This document shows positions 60,168 through 64,000 of a stretch of 64,000 nucleotides of DNA, piece by piece (within the stretch, counting starts at the first letter, position 1; every line of letters begins with the position of its first letter). A program made the position numbers and the translations under genes. The notes beneath the pieces are model-generated. The model was not told where the DNA came from, searched no databases, and saw only the letters and a list, made by a program, of their open reading frames with translations. Source of the stretch: an uncultured Planctomycetales bacterium (GTDB taxonomy: Bacteria > Planctomycetota > UBA1135); assembly GCA_964482495.1 (NCBI GenBank), contig CAYZXS010000021.1, forward strand, positions 658 to 64,657. Direction: 5' to 3'.

Positions 60168-61541
60168 ATGGCAACCCCGCTCCGCATCCGCCGCCTGGCG
60201 CCGCTGGCCCGCCCGCTCCTGACCCTGGGCCTGGCGCTGCTCACGACCCTCGCCTGCGTCCGCGGCCGTGAAGACGTCCCGCCGCAAGGCTGGTGGGACG
60301 GCCTCGGCCCGGTGATCCCGCACGACAAGTTCCCGGCCGACTGCTCGCTTTGCCACACCGGCCAGGGCTGGCAGGAGATCCGCGACGACTTCGCCTTCGA
60401 CCACGCCGCCGAGACCGGCTACCCGCTCGAAGGCGCCCACGCCGCGGCCCAGTGCCTGCGCTGTCACAACGACCGCGGCCCGGCGGCCGACTTCGCCGCC
60501 CGCGGCTGCGGCGGCTGCCACGAGGACGTGCACCTCGGCCAGCTCGGCACCAATTGCGAGGACTGCCACGAGCAGCCTGACTGGCGGCCGCGGGGACGGA
60601 TCTCCGAGCACGCCAAGACCCGCTTCCCGCTGATGGGAGCCCACGCCGCGACCGCCTGCCGCGCCTGCCACCCTGCGGCCGAGCTCGGGGTCTTCGTGCC
60701 CACCGACACCGAGTGCCTGAGCTGCCACCGCGACGACCTGGCGCGCGCCAAGGACCCGGACCACCTGGCGCAGGGCTGGACTGACGGCTGCGACCGCTGC
60801 CACATCTCGACGAGCTGGGGCGGCGCCGCCTTCAACCACGGCTGGTGGCCGCTGACCGGCGCCCACGGCTCCGCCAGCTGCAAGTCCTGCCACAGCGGCG
60901 GGGTCTACGCCGGCACCGACCCGGCCTGCTTCTCCTGCCACTCGGCCGAGTACACCGGCGCCGCGGATCCGGACCACGTCGCCCTCAACCTGCCGACCGC
61001 CTGCCGCCAGTGCCACACCACCCGCGGCTGGAAGCCGGCCGACATGGACCACTCGGTGCTCAGCGGCAGCTGCGTGAGCTGCCACCTGGCTGACTATCAG
61101 GCCACCACCGACCCGGACCACCAGGCGCTGGGCATCCCGACCACCTGCGAGGACTGCCACAGCACCCGCAACTGGCGCGACGCCAACTTCGACCACGCTG
61201 GGATCGCCAGCGGCTGCGTCAATTGCCACCTCGACGACTACCAGGCGACCACCAACCCGAACCACATCGCGGCCGGCTTCCCCACGACCTGCGAGGACTG
61301 CCACGACACGGTGCGCTGGAGGAACGGCACCTTCGACCACGACTTCCCGATCACCAGCGGCAAGCACAAGGGCTTCAACTGCAACCGCTGCCACCTGAAC
61401 AGCAGCAACTACGCCGACTTCTCCTGCACCCACTGCCACGCCCACCGCAAGTCGGAGATGGACGACGAGCACGACGGCGTCAGCGGCTACGTCTGGTCGA
61501 GCCCGGCCTGTTACACCTGCCACCCGGACGGACGCGAGTGA
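60168..61541 (+). CDS. Multiheme cytochrome c, 17 CxxCH motifs, possible lipoprotein
   Basis: Start ATG 60168; Arg-rich n-region, hydrophobic h-region, TLAC; 17 CxxCH counted by hand. Confidence 0.93.
   Translation: MATPLRIRRLAPLARPLLTLGLALLTTLACVRGREDVPPQGWWDGLGPVIPHDKFPADCSLCHTGQGWQEIRDDFAFDHAAETGYPLEGAHAAAQCLRCHNDRGPAADFAARGCGGCHEDVHLGQLGTNCEDCHEQPDWRPRGRISEHAKTRFPLMGAHAATACRACHPAAELGVFVPTDTECLSCHRDDLARAKDPDHLAQGWTDGCDRCHISTSWGGAAFNHGWWPLTGAHGSASCKSCHSGGVYAGTDPACFSCHSAEYTGAADPDHVALNLPTACRQCHTTRGWKPADMDHSVLSGSCVSCHLADYQATTDPDHQALGIPTTCEDCHSTRNWRDANFDHAGIASGCVNCHLDDYQATTNPNHIAAGFPTTCEDCHDTVRWRNGTFDHDFPITSGKHKGFNCNRCHLNSSNYADFSCTHCHAHRKSEMDDEHDGVSGYVWSSPACYTCHPDGRE
60927..61340 (+). repeat. 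Three tandem 144-nt (48-aa) diheme repeats in the 17-heme cytochrome
   Basis: Units start at 60927, 61071 and 61215: CxxCH..Y....P.H.....PT.CxxCH....W.....DH. Confidence 0.85.
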
Positions 61542-62218
61542 GCGGCTGGCGCCGGGCCTACCGCGAAGCCCCCGAGCTCTTCGACGCCTTCGCCCGCGCC
61601 GAGGACCCGGACGGCGTGGTGGCGGCGGCGCTGCGGCGCCGGGCCGGCTTCGTGGACCGGCGGGTGCTGGAGCTGGGCTGCGGCACCGGCCGCTTCGGGC
61701 CGGCCTTGGCGGACGGCGCCGGGTCGTGGATCGGCCTGGATCCCGAGCCGGCGATGGTCGGCCTGGCGCGGGGCGCTTGGCGGGGACGGCCGGGCATGGA
61801 GCTGGTGCGCGGCCGAGGCGAGCGGCTGCCCTTCCCGGACCAGAGCTTCGACGCCGCGGTGGCCACCTGGGTGCTCGGCGACTTGCCGGTCGGACGGCGG
61901 GCGGCGGTGATCCTGAGTTGCGACCGGGTGCTGCGGCCTGACGGGGCCCTCTGGCTGCTCGAGAACGCCGGCGGCTGCGCCTTCGACGCCCTGGAAGGAG
62001 GCCGCGGACCGGGCTGGGCGGCGGCCGCGGGCTTCGAGCCGGTCGAGGAGGTCGAGACCGAGCTCCGCTTCCCAGACGAGGCCAGCGCGGCGCGCTGCCT
62101 CGGCTACCTGCTCGGCGACGGCGCCCGCGAGGCCTTGTCGCTGGCCCCTCGGCGCCGCTTCAGCCACCGGGTGCTCATCCTGCGGCGGCCGCGGGGCCGC
62201 TGGTCGAGCCCGTCTTGA
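61538..62218 (+). CDS. Class I SAM-dependent methyltransferase
   Basis: GTG 61538 overlaps cytochrome stop; VLELGCGTG, GLDP, LPFPDQSFD, RVLRPDG. Confidence 0.88.
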   Translation: MSGWRRAYREAPELFDAFARAEDPDGVVAAALRRRAGFVDRRVLELGCGTGRFGPALADGAGSWIGLDPEPAMVGLARGAWRGRPGMELVRGRGERLPFPDQSFDAAVATWVLGDLPVGRRAAVILSCDRVLRPDGALWLLENAGGCAFDALEGGRGPGWAAAAGFEPVEEVETELRFPDEASAARCLGYLLGDGAREALSLAPRRRFSHRVLILRRPRGRWSSPS

Positions 62219-62954
62219 GCTCCCCGCCCTCGAACCAGAAGAACTCCACGGTGCTCGAGCGCAGCATGTCGTCCCGGCGGTAGACCGGAAACCCGAGGCC
62301 CGGCGCCCGCACCTGCTCGACCGCCCGGCGGTATTCCGTCGAGTCCACCGCGAGGTCGTGACCGCGGACCGCGCCGCCGCGGCCGACCGGCAGGAAGCGG
62401 TACAGGTGCCAAGCGTGCAGCTCCAGGCCCTCCGCCCGCAGCCGCTGGAGCAGCCGGGCGACGGCGCCGAGGGCGTCGAGGTTGCGCCGGGTCACCACGG
62501 TGCCGATGGTCAGCTCCTTGCCGCTGGCGGCCAGCTCGCCGATTCCCGCCATCAGGCGATGGAAGTGGCCGCCGGGGGCGGACCGGAGCTGGTCGTGCAG
62601 GACGGCGTCGGCGGCCTCGAGCGGCAGCAGGTAGCGGTCGACCCAGTCGAAGGCGGCGAAGCCCGGCGGCGGCGCCAGGCCGTTGCTGCCGACCTGCACC
62701 AGGAAGCCCAGCTCGCGGGCGCGGCGGCCGAGCCGCTCGAGGTCGTGCGGCCACAGGAAGGGCTCGCCGCCGCCGAGCACGACGTTGCGGTAACCGGCCC
62801 GACGCAGGCGCTCCAGCAGCTCGGCGGCGCCCTCGAAGCTGGCGGTGTCGAAGCCCGTCTCGCTGGCGCAGAAGGCGCAGCCCATGTCGCAATCGGGCAG
62901 CAGGAAGACCGAGGCGATGCGCTTCGCGGAGCCGGGCGGGCGGAGGGCGGGCAT
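62175..62954 (-). CDS. Radical SAM protein, single domain
   Basis: CDMGCAFC (CxxxCxxC), GGGEPFL, SNG, TVVTRRN, FLPVGRG; no SPASM cysteines. Confidence 0.9.
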   Translation of the reverse strand: MPALRPPGSAKRIASVFLLPDCDMGCAFCASETGFDTASFEGAAELLERLRRAGYRNVVLGGGEPFLWPHDLERLGRRARELGFLVQVGSNGLAPPPGFAAFDWVDRYLLPLEAADAVLHDQLRSAPGGHFHRLMAGIGELAASGKELTIGTVVTRRNLDALGAVARLLQRLRAEGLELHAWHLYRFLPVGRGGAVRGHDLAVDSTEYRRAVEQVRAPGLGFPVYRRDDMLRSSTVEFFWFEGGELKTGSTSGPAAAAG

Positions 62955-62969
62955 GGATCCGGGTACAGG

Positions 62970-63009
62970 AATAAGCAAAGGGCGGGGAGGATGCCAGCCC
63001 TCCCCGCCC
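62970..63009 (-). terminator. Intrinsic terminator of the 63028-63945 gene
   Basis: 11-bp stem GGGCGGGGAGG/CCTCCCCGCCC, 8-nt loop, then TTTGCTTATT on the minus strand. Confidence 0.8.
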
Positions 63010-63027
63010 CGCCGGCCGCCGCGCGGT

Positions 63028-63945
63028 CTAGAAGATGTCGTCCTCGGACTCGACCGGCGCCGTCAGCGCCGCCGCCGCCTCCTCGGGGACCTCGACCTCG
63101 GTCTTGTTGACGGCCGAGATCGAGACCGCGGACTTGCGGCCCATCTTGATCTCCCGGTCGCGGAAGCTGCCGCTGCTGCTGGTCTCGATCTCGAAGGACT
63201 GGATCATGCCGTCCGCGCCGACCACGACCGAGAAGCTGCCGCTGTGCTCGAGCTCGGGCCCGCCGCCGCCGAAGCCGCCGCCGCCGCCGCCGCGGCCACC
63301 TCGTCCTCCGAAGCTGGAGCCGGAGAGCTTGGCGGCGGTTTCGGGGCTGAGCTTGCCGCGGAAGGTCTTGCTGCCCTCGGCCTCCTCCACCGTCACCTCG
63401 GCGACGCCGCCTTGCAGGTCAGCGAGCATGGCGTGCGGCAGGCGCGCGCGCAGCAGGGCGAGCCGGCTGAACATGGCCGCCCGTTCGGGATCCATCTGGC
63501 GGTTGCCGCCTTGGCCTCCGCCTTGGCCGCCTTCGCCGCGGGGCGGGCGCTCGCCTTCGCCTTCCTCGCGGGGCGGACGCTCGCCCGCCTCACCGCCCGG
63601 CCGGCCTGCGCCGCCGCCGCCCCGGCCGCCGCGCATCATGGCGCGCGGGTCGAGGGGCTTCCAGGCGCCCGCGGAGTCCTGGTAGACCGCCCGCTGGTCA
63701 TCGCGGAAGGCGACCGAACCGCCGCTCTCGAGGCGGGTCGGCTTGCCCTTCTGCCAGCTGCCCAGCAGCGGCGCGGCGGGAGCCGTGGATCCGCCGCGAC
63801 GGCCGAAGCCGCCCTGGCTGGTGGTCTGGACCTCGAAGCCGTAGCTCTGGACCTTCTGGGCCTGAGTCACGATGTCGGTCAGTTCCTGCAGGGGGTCTCC
63901 TTGGACATTCAGTCCGAGGAGGAGGATTGCCAGGATGTTGCTCAT
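63028..63945 (-). CDS. Secreted hypothetical protein, LolA/LppX-like beta fold interrupted by Gly/Arg-rich inserts
   Basis: Signal peptide; beta-strand pattern ending NKTEVEVPEEA; GGRGG and GERPPR repeats. Confidence 0.7.
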   Translation of the reverse strand: MSNILAILLLGLNVQGDPLQELTDIVTQAQKVQSYGFEVQTTSQGGFGRRGGSTAPAAPLLGSWQKGKPTRLESGGSVAFRDDQRAVYQDSAGAWKPLDPRAMMRGGRGGGGAGRPGGEAGERPPREEGEGERPPRGEGGQGGGQGGNRQMDPERAAMFSRLALLRARLPHAMLADLQGGVAEVTVEEAEGSKTFRGKLSPETAAKLSGSSFGGRGGRGGGGGGFGGGGPELEHSGSFSVVVGADGMIQSFEIETSSSGSFRDREIKMGRKSAVSISAVNKTEVEVPEEAAAALTAPVESEDDIF

Positions 63946-64000
63946 GCTCGCTCCGTTCAGAGGAAGGGGAAGAGGGACCCCCGGCCGGATGGCGGAGGCT

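Noticed and set aside
56153-61541. Labelling the cluster mtrA/mtrB/mtrC or omcS
   Set aside because: Heme counts (26 and 17), repeat type and barrel size do not match decaheme MtrA/MtrC, MtrB or hexaheme OmcS
62175-62954. Prokaryotic viperin (antiviral radical SAM)
   Set aside because: Only loose resemblance; it lacks the viperin N(Y/F)H..CNYxCxFCF, NFAGGEP and ISIDS motifs, and there is no kinase or defence context
1-64000. CRISPR arrays, tRNA/rRNA genes, transposases, integrases, prophage genes
   Set aside because: None seen by eye on either strand; intergenic gaps are too short or otherwise explained

Overview
A 64 kb, very GC-rich bacterial chromosome segment, densely coding on both strands. 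Gene content suggests Planctomycetota (ECF sigma plus Ser/Thr kinase, Cys-type sulfatase, DUF1080, CehA/McbA hydrolase, type-2 IleRS), but this is an inference. About 45 protein genes are supported. Housekeeping and repair: nnrE, ileS, recQ, upp, mutM, and deoC with two aldehyde dehydrogenases. Also present are a TetR-RND efflux operon, rfbBA, peptidoglycan enzymes, iorAB with an ADP-forming acyl-CoA synthetase, and several secreted hydrolases. No tRNA, rRNA, CRISPR array or mobile element was seen. The standout is a four-gene operon at 53919-61541. It encodes a membrane-anchored 2x[4Fe-4S]/FAD/NADPH oxidoreductase fused to a NOX-like diheme-b-type membrane domain, a 26-heme cytochrome c, an outer-membrane beta-barrel and a 17-heme cytochrome c. 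Together these form a candidate NADPH-to-cell-surface electron conduit that is not Mtr-like. Other notable signals are an un-annotated 6S-like RNA after ileS, -10 hexamers 6-9 nt before many start codons (leaderless mRNAs), an ECF/kinase/PspA-like module, a candidate major surface protein and a split ALDH16-like pair.
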